Shown here: positions 27,000 to 37,161 of the stretch, in pieces
How the letters are laid out: every line of letters starts with the position of its first letter
How positions within the stretch are numbered: position 1 is the first letter of the stretch
Source: a virus
Lineage: Duplodnaviria; Caudoviricetes
Direction: 5' to 3' (one strand)
DNA: 64,000 nucleotides
Virus record (IMG/VR): IMGVR_UViG_2863371048_000001
The notes under the pieces: generated by a model
Databases searched by the model: none
What the model was told of the DNA's origin: nothing
What the model saw: the letters and a program-made list of their open reading frames with translations, nothing else
Position numbers and translations under genes: made by a program

Positions 27000-28373
27000 G
27001 TGGGTCTACTGGACAGGATCACGGCCGCGAGAACAACCGCGAACACGCCTGGACGTAAAGGGTGGTCGGAGTCGCCCTTCTGGGACCTGGACAGGCTGAA
27101 CTGGCCTTCCTTCGGCTCCTCGTCGCTGAACTCCGAACACGAGAAGATCGGCACCGACTTCGCCGGGTACGTCCAGGGCATCGCGAAAGCCAACGGCCCA
27201 GTTTTCGCGCTGATGGCAACCCGGATGATGGTGTTCTCCGAAGCGCGGTTCCAGTTCCGGGGCATGACCAACGGGCGCCCCGGCGACCTGTTCGGGACGC
27301 CGGACCTGGCCCTGCTGGAACACCCCTGGCCGGGTGGCACCACGGGCGACCTGCTGGCTCGGATGATTCAAGACGTCGACCTGGCCGGTAACGCGTTCGT
27401 CGCTAGGGTCGGCGACCGGTTGCGACGGCTCCGGCCGGACTGGGTAACGATCGTCTCGGGGTCCAAGACCGAACGGGAATTGTACGGAAACGCGCTGGAC
27501 TCCAAGGTCATCGGTTACTACTTCGAACCGCCGGGCGCTGGCAAGTCGTGGTTCCTCCTGCCGAATGAGGTGGCGCACTTCGCGCCGATCCCCGACCCGG
27601 AGTGCAACTGGCGCGGCATGTCGTGGCTGACCCCCGTTCTGCGGGAGATCTCCTCCGACCAGGCCGCGACCAGGCATAAGGGCAAGTTCTTCGAGAACGG
27701 TGCAACTCCGCAGGTCATCGTCTCCCTGGACGCGTCGGTGACACCGGAGATGTTCCAGCGCTTCAAGGCCACGATGAACGAGTCACACCAGGGCGTCGAC
27801 AACGCGTACAAAACCCTGTACCTGGGTGGCGGGGCGGACGTCACCGTCGCAGGTAAGGACCTGCAGCAACTGGACTTCAAAGCCACGCAAGGCGCAGGAG
27901 AAACGCGGATCGCCGCAGCAGCTGGCGTCCCCGCAGTCATCGTGGGGTTCTCCGAGGGGCTGTCTGGATCCTCCCTGAACGCGGGCAACTTCGGCCAGGC
28001 CAGGAGGCGATTCGCTGACGGCACACTGCGCCCACTGTGGCGCAACGCGGCCGGGTCGCTCGCCTCGATCATCACCGTGCCCTCCGACGCGGAGCTTTGG
28101 TACGACGACCGCGACATTTCCTTCCTGCGGGAAGACCGCAAGGACGCCGCGGAGATTCAGCAGATCAAATCCGCATCGATCCGGCAGCTCGTAGACGCCG
28201 GATACGAGCCGGAGACGGTTGTCTCCGCCATTGAGGCGGAGGACCTGCGGCTGTTGCGGCACTCAGGCCTGTACTCCGTGCAGCTCCAGCCGCCGGGCAC
28301 AACGGCCCAACCGACAGGGTCGGCGCCGCCGGCCACCGACCCTTCCGGACCCGATCCGGCAAAGGAGCAGTGA
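27000..28373 (+). CDS. HK97-family portal protein
   Basis: DLAGNAF...LRPDWVTI; HF...P...RGMSWL; FFENGATP; IAAAAGVPAVIVG. Confidence 0.92.
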   Translation: MGLLDRITAARTTANTPGRKGWSESPFWDLDRLNWPSFGSSSLNSEHEKIGTDFAGYVQGIAKANGPVFALMATRMMVFSEARFQFRGMTNGRPGDLFGTPDLALLEHPWPGGTTGDLLARMIQDVDLAGNAFVARVGDRLRRLRPDWVTIVSGSKTERELYGNALDSKVIGYYFEPPGAGKSWFLLPNEVAHFAPIPDPECNWRGMSWLTPVLREISSDQAATRHKGKFFENGATPQVIVSLDASVTPEMFQRFKATMNESHQGVDNAYKTLYLGGGADVTVAGKDLQQLDFKATQGAGETRIAAAAGVPAVIVGFSEGLSGSSLNAGNFGQARRRFADGTLRPLWRNAAGSLASIITVPSDAELWYDDRDISFLREDRKDAAEIQQIKSASIRQLVDAGYEPETVVSAIEAEDLRLLRHSGLYSVQLQPPGTTAQPTGSAPPATDPSGPDPAKEQ

Positions 28374-29467
28374 TGGACGCTAAAGGTCTCCATGTCGAGA
28401 TTAAGGACGAGGTGAAGGGGCAGGTCAAGGCCGTCTTCAGTACCTTCAATGTGATCGACTCCGACAAGGACGTGACCCCGCCGGGTGCGTTCGAAGACGG
28501 CGCCCCGGTGCTGATCTCCGCCTACGGCCACACCTCGTGGCAGGGCGAACTTCCAGTCGGCAAGGGCACGATCCGACAGACCAGCAAGGAAGCGATCTTC
28601 GAGGGTCAGTTCTTCATGAACACCGACCACGGCAAGAACGCCTTCCTCACGGTCAAGGAACTGAGCGACGCGGGCCTGCAGGAATGGTCCTTCGGCTACG
28701 ACCCGGTGGATTACTCCTTCGGCGAGTTCGACGGTCAGAAGGTCCGGTTCTTGAACAAGCTGAAGGTCCATGAGGTCTCCCCGGTGCTCTTGGGTGCAGG
28801 GGTGAACACGCGGACCCTGTCGGCGAAGTCGGCTGGCCCGGGGATCGCAGTGCGGCGTGGGCGAGTGCTCGCACCACACGACACTGAGGTGACCTCCCGG
28901 TCGTGGGACGGGTCGAAGACGGCTGCGGGCATCGCTGACGATGCCCGGCCGAGCGAGCTGCGCACCGCGTACGCCTGGGTGGACGCCGACGGTGACCCGG
29001 AGGTCAAGTCCTCCTACCGTTTCGCTCACCACCACGGCGTGGGTGGCCCGGCGAACGTGCGGGCGTGCCTGATGGGCATCGCCCGCTTGAACGACGCCAA
29101 GGGCGGCATCCCCGATGCTGACCGTAAGGGCGTGTACGAGCATCTCGCAGCGCATCTGCGGGACGCCGACGTCGAGGTGCCGGGCCTGAAGGACGCGCCT
29201 GGTGGCTCACTGAAGTACAGCGAAGAGGGGCACGCGGTCCTAGCCGCCGTGTCCGCCTTCGTCGATCGCACAGCGGAAGTCATGGCTCTCCGCGCACTCA
29301 AGGGCAAGGGCATGGCGCCCCGGTCTGCTGACCTCCTCGGATGGATCAGCGACGACCTGGGCCGCTTGAAGTCCCTGCTGTCTGCACCTTTGGGCGACGA
29401 CGAACCGACGGATGAGCAGATCGCATCGCTCATCGCGCGGTCCGTCGCCCAGCTCAACGGAATCTGA
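28373..29467 (+). CDS. HK97-family prohead protease with C-terminal extension
   Basis: FSTFNVIDSDKDV..PGAF; GH; WSFGY; EVSPV..GA. Confidence 0.88.
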   Translation: MDAKGLHVEIKDEVKGQVKAVFSTFNVIDSDKDVTPPGAFEDGAPVLISAYGHTSWQGELPVGKGTIRQTSKEAIFEGQFFMNTDHGKNAFLTVKELSDAGLQEWSFGYDPVDYSFGEFDGQKVRFLNKLKVHEVSPVLLGAGVNTRTLSAKSAGPGIAVRRGRVLAPHDTEVTSRSWDGSKTAAGIADDARPSELRTAYAWVDADGDPEVKSSYRFAHHHGVGGPANVRACLMGIARLNDAKGGIPDADRKGVYEHLAAHLRDADVEVPGLKDAPGGSLKYSEEGHAVLAAVSAFVDRTAEVMALRALKGKGMAPRSADLLGWISDDLGRLKSLLSAPLGDDEPTDEQIASLIARSVAQLNGI

Positions 29468-29478
29468 GAGGGAGAGCC

Positions 29479-30741
29479 ATGACGAACATGGACAATGACA
29501 GGATCGTCGAGTTCCCGGCGCTGAAGGATGCGCAGGGCAAGCTCGACGCCAAGCGAAAGAGCCTGGCTGGCATCTTCGCCGAGGCCGGCCCCGACTACGA
29601 CATGAGCAAGGTCAAGTCCGTTCAGGGCGACACCACGGCCAAGGTCGCGTTCATCGGCCAGCTCAACGCCGAGATCGACGAGTGCAAGGGCCGGGTTGAC
29701 GAGCTGCTCGTCGTGGCCCGCGCTGCTGGTGCTGCGAAGGCTGCCGAGCAGGTCGAGTCTGGCTCCAAGGACGTGCCTGACGAGCCGTACACGAAGAGCG
29801 GCCAGCGCAAGAGCCTTGGTGAGCTGTTCGTCGCCAGCCCGGCGTTCAAGGGCTACCGGACCGGCCTCGGCGTCGGACCTGCGGCGAGCCTGGACCTGGA
29901 GCTGAAGACCCTGTTCCAGACTGGCGCTGGCTGGGCTCCGGAGTCGACTCGGACCGGCCGTGTGGAGATGTTCCCGACGCGCCCGGCTCCGCATGTGGTG
30001 GAGTTCCTGCCGCAGACCACGACGTCGCAGGCGTCGGTGGTCTACATGGAGGAGACCACTTACACGAACGCCGCGATCGAGACCGCTGAGGGTGCTGCCT
30101 ACGCGGAGGCGACCCTGGCCCTGACCGAGCGGGCTCAGCAGGTCCGCAAGGTCGCGGTGTTCCTTCCGCTGACCGACGAGCAGCTTGAGGACGAGCCCCG
30201 TTCGCAGGCGTACGTCAACAACCGTCTGCCGTTCATGCTGCGCCAGAGGTTGGACAGCCAGGCCCTCGTGGGTGACGGTACAGGCGTGAATCTGCTGGGT
30301 ACCGCGAGTGTGGTCGGGATCCAGACGCAGGCGAAGGGCGCCGACCCGATCCCGGACGCGGCGTACAAGCTGTTCCGTAAGATCCGCGACGATGGGTTCG
30401 CCGAGCCCAGCGCGATCTTCATGCGTCCGGCGAACTGGGAGCAGGTCCGCCTGCTCAAGACGGCTGACGGTCAGTACATCTGGGGTCACCCGTCGGTGCC
30501 AGGCGTTCCCACTCTGTGGGGTGTCCCGGTCGTGGAGACCACGGCGGCCCCGGCTACGGCGGCCATCGCGGGCGACTACGTCAACTTCAGCGAACTCGCG
30601 ATCCGCCGCGGCATCGATGTGCAGGTGTCCAACTCCCACGGCACGTACTTCGTCGAGGGCAAGCTGGCCGTCCGAGCCGACCTACGGTGCGCGCTGATTC
30701 ACTATCGCCCCCGAGCATTTGGCCAGCTCACAGGTCTGTAA
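29479..30741 (+). CDS. HK97-fold major capsid protein with delta domain
   Basis: N-terminal coiled coil; GDGTG.NL.G; LKTADGQYIW; TLWGVPVV; RADLR. Confidence 0.92.
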   Translation: MTNMDNDRIVEFPALKDAQGKLDAKRKSLAGIFAEAGPDYDMSKVKSVQGDTTAKVAFIGQLNAEIDECKGRVDELLVVARAAGAAKAAEQVESGSKDVPDEPYTKSGQRKSLGELFVASPAFKGYRTGLGVGPAASLDLELKTLFQTGAGWAPESTRTGRVEMFPTRPAPHVVEFLPQTTTSQASVVYMEETTYTNAAIETAEGAAYAEATLALTERAQQVRKVAVFLPLTDEQLEDEPRSQAYVNNRLPFMLRQRLDSQALVGDGTGVNLLGTASVVGIQTQAKGADPIPDAAYKLFRKIRDDGFAEPSAIFMRPANWEQVRLLKTADGQYIWGHPSVPGVPTLWGVPVVETTAAPATAAIAGDYVNFSELAIRRGIDVQVSNSHGTYFVEGKLAVRADLRCALIHYRPRAFGQLTGL

Positions 30742-30783
30742 TGTAAATCTGCTACCATGTGGGTGGTGAAAGGAGCCCCCCAC

Positions 30784-31398
30784 ATGGCGCAGTGTTCGGT
30801 CGATGAGTGCGAAGGCAAAGCTAAAGCGAAAGGCTTCTGCGTGCGGCACTACACGCGGTGGCGCAGGTACGGAGATCCCAGTGTCGTCAAGCGGGGCCCT
30901 CTTGCTCCGGCGCTGCAGTTAGACGCGAAGCAGTGCAACGCGTGCGGCGAGACCAAACCGATCGAGCAGTTCGGGCCCGACAAGCGCAACAGGGACGGCA
31001 GGAAAGGCCGTTGCCATCCCTGCGAGCAGAAGCATCAGTATGAATGGCGCACAAGCCACCCGGATCGATGGCAGGAAATTCGGCAGGATGCCGCCAATCG
31101 TCGGGCCAAGGACCGGTGGAAGTACCGCATCAAGGAGACGTACAACATCACCTTCGAGGAGTACGAGCGACTTCTCGCAGCTCAAGGTGGCGTGTGCGCC
31201 ATCTGTGGCGGATCAAGAAATGGCCCCGGCCGACGGTTCCACATCGATCACGATCACACGTGTTGCCCGGGAGTCGGGTCGTGCGGTCGGTGCATCCGGG
31301 GGCTGCTTTGCGGCAGATGTAACACCATGGTTGGCCTGGCGAAGGATGATCCGGAGCGCCTTCTCGCGGCGGTTCGCTACCTCCGCAAAGAGAGATAG
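30784..31398 (+). CDS. free-standing endonuclease VII-family (His-Me) nuclease
   Basis: YNITFEEYERLLAAQGGVCAIC...IDHDH...IRGLLCGRCN..VG..KD. Confidence 0.88.
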   Translation: MAQCSVDECEGKAKAKGFCVRHYTRWRRYGDPSVVKRGPLAPALQLDAKQCNACGETKPIEQFGPDKRNRDGRKGRCHPCEQKHQYEWRTSHPDRWQEIRQDAANRRAKDRWKYRIKETYNITFEEYERLLAAQGGVCAICGGSRNGPGRRFHIDHDHTCCPGVGSCGRCIRGLLCGRCNTMVGLAKDDPERLLAAVRYLRKER

Positions 31399-31470
31399 CC
31401 GACCGGACTGAACGACCAAAGGGGAAGGCGCATCGCCTTCCCCTTTCGCGTGCGCGGGAGAGGGAGAGTC

Positions 31471-31887
31471 ATGCCAGTCATTGAAGGAACTCGGGGCCTC
31501 AAGGAGGCTCGCGGGGAGTACGACTTCGCTGTGGACGGCGGCGCTGTGGGCACGATCGTGCTTCGGTCCGCACCCGGCGATTCCAACGGCAACGACATTC
31601 CGGCCGGGAGCATCATCACGGGCGGCTACATCGAGGTCGACACGCTGGTCACGTCGGCGTCCGGCAATACCGGGACGATTGCGGTCAACAGCGAGGGCGC
31701 TGGGGACCTGCTGACCGCTGCGGTCACTTCGGGCGCTCCGTGGTCGGCGACTGGCCGTAAGGCGATCACCCCGGTGGGCACGGTCGCCACGTCGGTCAAG
31801 ACGACCGTTCGGAGAAATCTGGCGATCACCGTGGCGGTTGCTGCGGTGACCGCGGGCAAGTTCCGCGTCGTCGTCACCTACAGGTAG
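31471..31887 (+). CDS. probable capsid decoration protein
   Basis: beta-rich 138 aa just after the capsid gene; RBS. Confidence 0.55.
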   Translation: MPVIEGTRGLKEARGEYDFAVDGGAVGTIVLRSAPGDSNGNDIPAGSIITGGYIEVDTLVTSASGNTGTIAVNSEGAGDLLTAAVTSGAPWSATGRKAITPVGTVATSVKTTVRRNLAITVAVAAVTAGKFRVVVTYR

Positions 31888-31897
31888 GTGAGCTGAG

Positions 31898-32158
31898 ATG
31901 GGTTTGCAGTTTGTGACCGAGCCGGATCAGAGCGGCCACGTGATCGCCACGGCTCGACTGTGTCTCACGGAGGACCGCAGCAGGCTCGTGCCGGATACGG
32001 ACCCGGATGCCCGGTGGCTGTTCTGCACGCCGGGTGCGCCGATCTCGCGTGCGAATGCCGAGCGGTACGGCCTGCTCGCCGAGGCCGAATCTGAGGCCGA
32101 GGCGAAGCAGGCGCAGCAGCCAGCGAACAAGGCGCGCGGCCGAACCGCCAACAAGTGA
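31898..32158 (+). CDS. head-region small protein
   Basis: ends with ANKARGRTANK, a pattern typical of head-adjacent small proteins. Confidence 0.6.
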   Translation: MGLQFVTEPDQSGHVIATARLCLTEDRSRLVPDTDPDARWLFCTPGAPISRANAERYGLLAEAESEAEAKQAQQPANKARGRTANK

Positions 32159-32234
32159 TCGCCAGCGGGCTGTCCCGGCGCGGGGCAGCCCCTCGGCAAA
32201 ACCCGCATCTGTGTCACCTAGCCCTGGAGCCCGC

Positions 32235-32519
32235 ATGCCCGACCCCAAGCCGTACCTCACCTACGGCGTCCGCGACGACGTCGACCTGCAGCAGAGCCCG
32301 CCCTACCAGGCGTTCATGGCCTGGTGTGCGGACAATGACATTCCCGAGGAGACCGGCAAGCTCGTCACCGTGTGGAACGAGGATCCGATCCGCGCAGTCC
32401 TCGACGTGTATGTGCTGGACGAGCTCGGCGGGAGGACCGTCGATGAGAACGGCGACTACATCACGACGCCTGTCACCTACACCGCATCCACATTGCCGCC
32501 GATCCAGAACGGCAGCTAA
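32235..32519 (+). CDS. hypothetical protein
   Basis: GGAG RBS before ATG 32235. Confidence 0.55.
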   Translation: MPDPKPYLTYGVRDDVDLQQSPPYQAFMAWCADNDIPEETGKLVTVWNEDPIRAVLDVYVLDELGGRTVDENGDYITTPVTYTASTLPPIQNGS

Positions 32520-32577
32520 CTCCTGACCTTCGCCCACCTGGGCGTCCACCACTTTCACGCCCAGGGAGGGCCCCGTC

Positions 32578-33228
32578 ATGGCCGTAACTGCCTTCGTTTA
32601 CGGACAGCTCAACAAGTCACTGATGTCCGGGTTGATCAACTTCACCACGGACACGATCAAGGCCATGCTGCTGTCGACCTACACCGTCGGCACCACGCTG
32701 GACGGCGCCCAGTTCCTCAACACGGTGACCGCCGCCGGCACCGAGGCGACCGGCTCCGGCTACACCGCCGGCGGCGCCACCCTCGCGAGCAAGACCGTCA
32801 CGTACACCGCAGCGAACTCCTGGTCGGTACAGCGCGCCAACAGCACGGCCTACACGGTGGGCGACGTTGTTCGTCCTGCTACTGGAAACGGCCTGGTGTA
32901 CCGGTGCGTCGTCGCCGGCACGACCGGTGGCAGCGTCCCCACGTACACCACGGTTGTGGGTGACGACTTCACCGATGGCGGCGTGACCTGGGTGGCCGAA
33001 GGATCCGGCGTCCTCGTTGTGGACGCCGCTGACCCGTCGTGGACCACCAGCAACCCGGGCACCCTCGCCGGGGCGTACATTGTGTTCTACAAGGACACCG
33101 GCACGGCCTCGACCAGTCCCGTGATCCTCTACTGGGACCTGGGCGGAACCCAGACCGCATCCAACGGCGGTGCATTCACCGCCACCCTGGACAGCACCGA
33201 GGGCCTCCTGACCATGTTCACCAGCTAA
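32578..33228 (+). CDS. virion structural protein with an inserted CBM5/12-like module
   Basis: DTIKAML...GYTAGG...DAADPSW frame interrupted by W...TAYTVGDVV...NGLVYRC. Confidence 0.6.
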   Translation: MAVTAFVYGQLNKSLMSGLINFTTDTIKAMLLSTYTVGTTLDGAQFLNTVTAAGTEATGSGYTAGGATLASKTVTYTAANSWSVQRANSTAYTVGDVVRPATGNGLVYRCVVAGTTGGSVPTYTTVVGDDFTDGGVTWVAEGSGVLVVDAADPSWTTSNPGTLAGAYIVFYKDTGTASTSPVILYWDLGGTQTASNGGAFTATLDSTEGLLTMFTS

Positions 33229-33269
33229 GAACCTCTCAGGGTCCGGTACGGCTGCGCTGAGGGGGTGTC

Positions 33270-34877
33270 GTGGCGACGCGTCGTAACGTCTGCGCCAACC
33301 CCGCCTGCGGCAACAACGTCACCGGCTGGGGCGGTGCCTCGACACCCACCAGAACCTCGGTTACGGGCTTCATCCGATCGTGGGGCGCCCGATGGACAAC
33401 CGGAACGTTCTTCCTCACTGAGAAGGGCGCAGCAACCGCCGGCCAGCAGTACACCGGCTCCATCTACCTGCGGACCACCTCGTTCAACGTCGGCTCGGGC
33501 CTGGTGTACCTGGAGTGGCTCAACTCCGGCGGCGGCAGCATCGGCTTCAACCAGGCGGCTTTCACCCTGACCGCTGGTGTGGTCACCAGGGTCAGTGCCA
33601 CCGCCGTCGCACCGACCAACACCGCGAGCGCCCGCGTGGTGTTCGACGGCATCAATGCGTCCGTCAACGTTGTTGATGCGACCGCGGTGCTCATTGAGCA
33701 GACCGCGGTCCTCGACACGTACTTCGACGGCGACACCTCCGGCGCGACCTGGGACGGTACGGCTGGCAACAGTGCCTCAACGCTGACCGACTCGGCCACC
33801 GTCACCGTCTCCGGAGCCGCGGGGGCTGTCCGTGTCCGCGCCGCCTCCGGTCTCCTCGCCGCCGTCCGCGCCGCACCTCAGGCCGGGACCGCTGGGGCGA
33901 TCCGCGCGAGGGCGGGATCCGGTCGGGTCCAAGCCGTCGCCGCAGCCCCGCAGTCCGGTGCCGCCGGCAGCATCAGGATCCGGGCGGCCGCTGGAACGGT
34001 CACCGCGGTCCGCCACGCTCCACTCACCGGGACCGCGGGGGCTGTACGGCTCCGCGCCGGATCAGGAATCACCACGGCGACTCAAGTCGTGACCGTAGCC
34101 GGTAGGCCAGGCGCACTGCGCATCCGCGCTGGGGTCGGAGCGGTCACCGCCGTCCAGACTGCGACCGTCACCGGGGCCGCAGGCCGTGTCCGTGTCCGTG
34201 CCGGGGCAGGGGCTCTTACCTCCGGTGCCAGCGTCACCGTCTCCGGAGCGGCTGGCGTCGTGCGGGTCCGCGGGAGCGCAGCACAGACCACCACTGTTCA
34301 GCACGCGCCCCTGCCAGGCGGCCCGGGTCGGGTCGTCATCCGGGCGGGCTCCGGCCAGGTGTCCACCGTCTCCGGGGGCGTGTCCGTCACGCTCACCGGG
34401 ACTGCGGGCAGCATCCGCGTCCGGGCCGCCCAGCCGGTCGTGACCACGGTCCAGCAGCAGACCCTGACCGGTGCTGCCGCAACGATCCGCGTCCGCCCAA
34501 GCACCGGCCAGGTCGTTGTCGCCCAGCATGCAACGCTCCCCGGCAGACCTGGAACCGTACGGGTCCGCGTGGCCGCGGACACCGTCACTGCGGTCGATCT
34601 CGGCGATGGCGTTCTCCTGGTTGGCCGCGCAGCCGCTGTACGCCTCCGTGCCGCCTCAGGGCTGATCGCCGCTACGCAGCGGCCCATCCTCATCGGGGTG
34701 GCTGGCACGATCCGAGTCCTGGCTCGCGCCGGAACCCTGACGATGGGCGCCGTGATACCTACCCGAGGGCAGATGTCTACCGGCGGCCGTGTAGGGCCTG
34801 AGATGACGACCGGCAACCGCGCTGGATCAGAGATGAGTCCGCGACGGCGCGCTGGCGCCACGATGGGAGGCGGCTGA
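33270..34877 (+). CDS. fibre-like virion protein: carbohydrate-binding-like N-domain plus 13 repeats of about 24 aa
   Basis: G.AG..R.RA..G repeats; FDGD...W.GT...S.S motif. Confidence 0.6.
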   Translation: MATRRNVCANPACGNNVTGWGGASTPTRTSVTGFIRSWGARWTTGTFFLTEKGAATAGQQYTGSIYLRTTSFNVGSGLVYLEWLNSGGGSIGFNQAAFTLTAGVVTRVSATAVAPTNTASARVVFDGINASVNVVDATAVLIEQTAVLDTYFDGDTSGATWDGTAGNSASTLTDSATVTVSGAAGAVRVRAASGLLAAVRAAPQAGTAGAIRARAGSGRVQAVAAAPQSGAAGSIRIRAAAGTVTAVRHAPLTGTAGAVRLRAGSGITTATQVVTVAGRPGALRIRAGVGAVTAVQTATVTGAAGRVRVRAGAGALTSGASVTVSGAAGVVRVRGSAAQTTTVQHAPLPGGPGRVVIRAGSGQVSTVSGGVSVTLTGTAGSIRVRAAQPVVTTVQQQTLTGAAATIRVRPSTGQVVVAQHATLPGRPGTVRVRVAADTVTAVDLGDGVLLVGRAAAVRLRAASGLIAATQRPILIGVAGTIRVLARAGTLTMGAVIPTRGQMSTGGRVGPEMTTGNRAGSEMSPRRRAGATMGGG

Positions 34878-35716
34878 TGTCACACGACTTGGGCGACCTG
34901 GTGCCGTTGTCGGTGACGGTAGCCGACAGCGACGGCAATCCAGCCAACGCCGGACAGGTGAACCTCACCATCACCCTGCCAGACGGCACGACCTCGGCCG
35001 TGGGGCCGATCACGCCGACTACGACTGGCGTTTACGACCACGACTATCTGACTGTGCAGGCCGGGCGGCACCATGTTCGCTGGGTCGCTACCGGGGCCAA
35101 CGCGTCCGCGTTCACCGATGCGTTCGACGTGCAGTCCGCGGACGACGGGGACTTCATCTCCCTGGCCGACGCCAAGGACCACCTGCAAAAGAGCGGCACA
35201 GGCGACGATGGGCAGCTGCGGTTCTTCATCTCCGCCGCCTGCCAGATGATCGCCGACCGAATGGGGCAGGTGTCACCGGCCGCCGCCACCCACGACGTCA
35301 CCCAGCGCGGTGACACGATCGTGTTGCCGAGACGGCCGGTCATCGCTGTCACCTCCGTGCAGCGGCTCCCAAGCGCCGACCTGATCCCCCCGGCCGATGG
35401 GAGTGCTGGGGTGGCGGGTTGGTACCTGGACGGCTCTGAGGGCGTGCTGAGATTCACCTCCCGTTTCGCCGGCCGGGTCCGCGTCACTTACCGGGCTGGC
35501 CGCAACCCGCTGCCGTCCAACTTCCGGTTGGCCGCGCTGGAGTTGGTCGCGCATCTGTGGCGGGGCTCGCAGCACAACCAGGCGGGCGGCCGCCCGGCGC
35601 TGGGAGAGACGGACGCGGTGTCTGCGAGCGTCCACGCGTTTTCGATGCCGTACCGGGTGATGGAGTTGCTCGGGTTGAAAAAGGACCAGGAACGCGACGA
35701 GCCGCTGGTCGGATGA
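34877..35716 (+). CDS. head-tail connector (gp6/gp15-like) with N-terminal extension
   Basis: ISLADAKDHL...L..FISAA..MI; VTYRAGR..LP...LAAL.LVAHLW. Confidence 0.8.
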   Translation: MSHDLGDLVPLSVTVADSDGNPANAGQVNLTITLPDGTTSAVGPITPTTTGVYDHDYLTVQAGRHHVRWVATGANASAFTDAFDVQSADDGDFISLADAKDHLQKSGTGDDGQLRFFISAACQMIADRMGQVSPAAATHDVTQRGDTIVLPRRPVIAVTSVQRLPSADLIPPADGSAGVAGWYLDGSEGVLRFTSRFAGRVRVTYRAGRNPLPSNFRLAALELVAHLWRGSQHNQAGGRPALGETDAVSASVHAFSMPYRVMELLGLKKDQERDEPLVG

Positions 35717-35739
35717 CCCCCGTTCCCCTGGAGGCTTGA

Positions 35740-36201
35740 ATGTCCACGATCCCCGCAGCGCTCGATGCGCTGGTGGCGGCTGCCGAGCGGGCCTGGCCGG
35801 ATGTGCAGGTCCTCGACGGCGGGCCAACGACAGAGGTCAGCGACGATGTGATCGCGATCGGCTACAGCGGGAACGCGGCCGAGTCGGACGTCCGTAACAC
35901 GCTGACGTCTGAGCAACTGGACTTGCAGCCGGACCTGGAGCGCTACGACGTCCTGTGTATGGCCTCGGCGTGGCGGGGTGATGCGCGCCGTGACGGTAAG
36001 CCGGACGCGCGCACGACCCGGCTGCGGGCGTTTGAGCTGCTGGCCGGGATTCGTCGCGAGCTGGCGGAGGATTCACGGCTGGGCGGGGTCGTGATGATGG
36101 CCCGCCTGTCCACCCTTGACATGGTCGCCGACCAGACCAACGCCGGCCCGGTGTGCACCATCCGGTTCGTGGTGCACGTCGACGCGTTCACGGAGGCGTA
36201 G
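35740..36201 (+). CDS. tail terminator/completion protein
   Basis: position and size. Confidence 0.65.
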   Translation: MSTIPAALDALVAAAERAWPDVQVLDGGPTTEVSDDVIAIGYSGNAAESDVRNTLTSEQLDLQPDLERYDVLCMASAWRGDARRDGKPDARTTRLRAFELLAGIRRELAEDSRLGGVVMMARLSTLDMVADQTNAGPVCTIRFVVHVDAFTEA

Positions 36202-36633
36202 ATGGCGACGGGGGATCCGGCCGAGGAGATCCGCAAGCTGATCAACGACCTGGGGAAGATCCCGCCCGAGCTTCGCAAGGCACTGCGGCCGGCGCTGAAG
36301 GGGGCGGCCGAGCCGATCGTCGCCGACGCCCGGGGACGGGCGTCGTGGTCGGGGCGCATCCCCGGCGCGATCACCCTGTCGGTGCGGCTGAGTAAACGCA
36401 ATCCGGGCGTGTCCATCCGGGTGCGGCAAACAAAGGCGCCGCACGGGCGGCCGTGGGAGGGCATCACCGGCGCGACCTCCTTCAAGCACCCGGTATTCGG
36501 CCACCGCGACCGGTGGGTGACCCAGGCGACCCAGCCGTATCTCGCGCCAGCTGCGGCGGCCGGCACCGATGACGTGCTCGATGCGGCGGCACAGACCGTG
36601 GACCAGGTGGCACGAGAAGCAGGCTTCCGATGA
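36202..36633 (+). CDS. HK97 gp10-like neck protein
   Basis: HPVFG...WV.Q...PYL.PA motif. Confidence 0.75.
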   Translation: MATGDPAEEIRKLINDLGKIPPELRKALRPALKGAAEPIVADARGRASWSGRIPGAITLSVRLSKRNPGVSIRVRQTKAPHGRPWEGITGATSFKHPVFGHRDRWVTQATQPYLAPAAAAGTDDVLDAAAQTVDQVAREAGFR

Positions 36634-36648
36634 TCGAAGGGATGAGTA

Positions 36649-37152
36649 ATGGCTTTCAGGCTGCAGTCGTTTTTCGAGCTTGAGGCGGAGGTGACCTCGC
36701 CTCTGGACCTGAGCACGCCGACGAACCTGATCAGCATCGCCCGGCAATTGAACCTGGCGCAGGGCTCCGGCGCCGGCCAGGCCGACATGGTGTGGTCGGA
36801 CCAGCGGACGGTCGCCGCGTCGGCCACCGACGCGCTGGACCTGGCCGGTTCACTGAGCGGACCGTTCGGCGGCACGCTGACGTTCGCCCGAATCAAGATG
36901 GTCGTCGTGCTCGCGGCCCCGGGCAACACCAACAACGTCAACGTGACGATGCCGGGCAGCAACGGCGTGCCGTTGTTCCTGGCGGCCGGCGACGGCATCG
37001 CGGTCAAGCCCGGTGGTGCGTTCGTCTGGTTCGATCCGTCCGCGGCTGGGGTGGCCGTCACGGCCGCCACCGGCGACCTGCTCAACATCGTCAACTCGGG
37101 TGCCGGCACGTCGGTCACCTACGACATCCACATCGTCGGCGCGAGCTCGTAG
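36649..37152 (+). CDS. virion structural protein of unknown function
   Basis: beta-rich protein within the tail operon. Confidence 0.6.
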   Translation: MAFRLQSFFELEAEVTSPLDLSTPTNLISIARQLNLAQGSGAGQADMVWSDQRTVAASATDALDLAGSLSGPFGGTLTFARIKMVVVLAAPGNTNNVNVTMPGSNGVPLFLAAGDGIAVKPGGAFVWFDPSAAGVAVTAATGDLLNIVNSGAGTSVTYDIHIVGASS

Positions 37153-37161
37153 GAGGCACGC

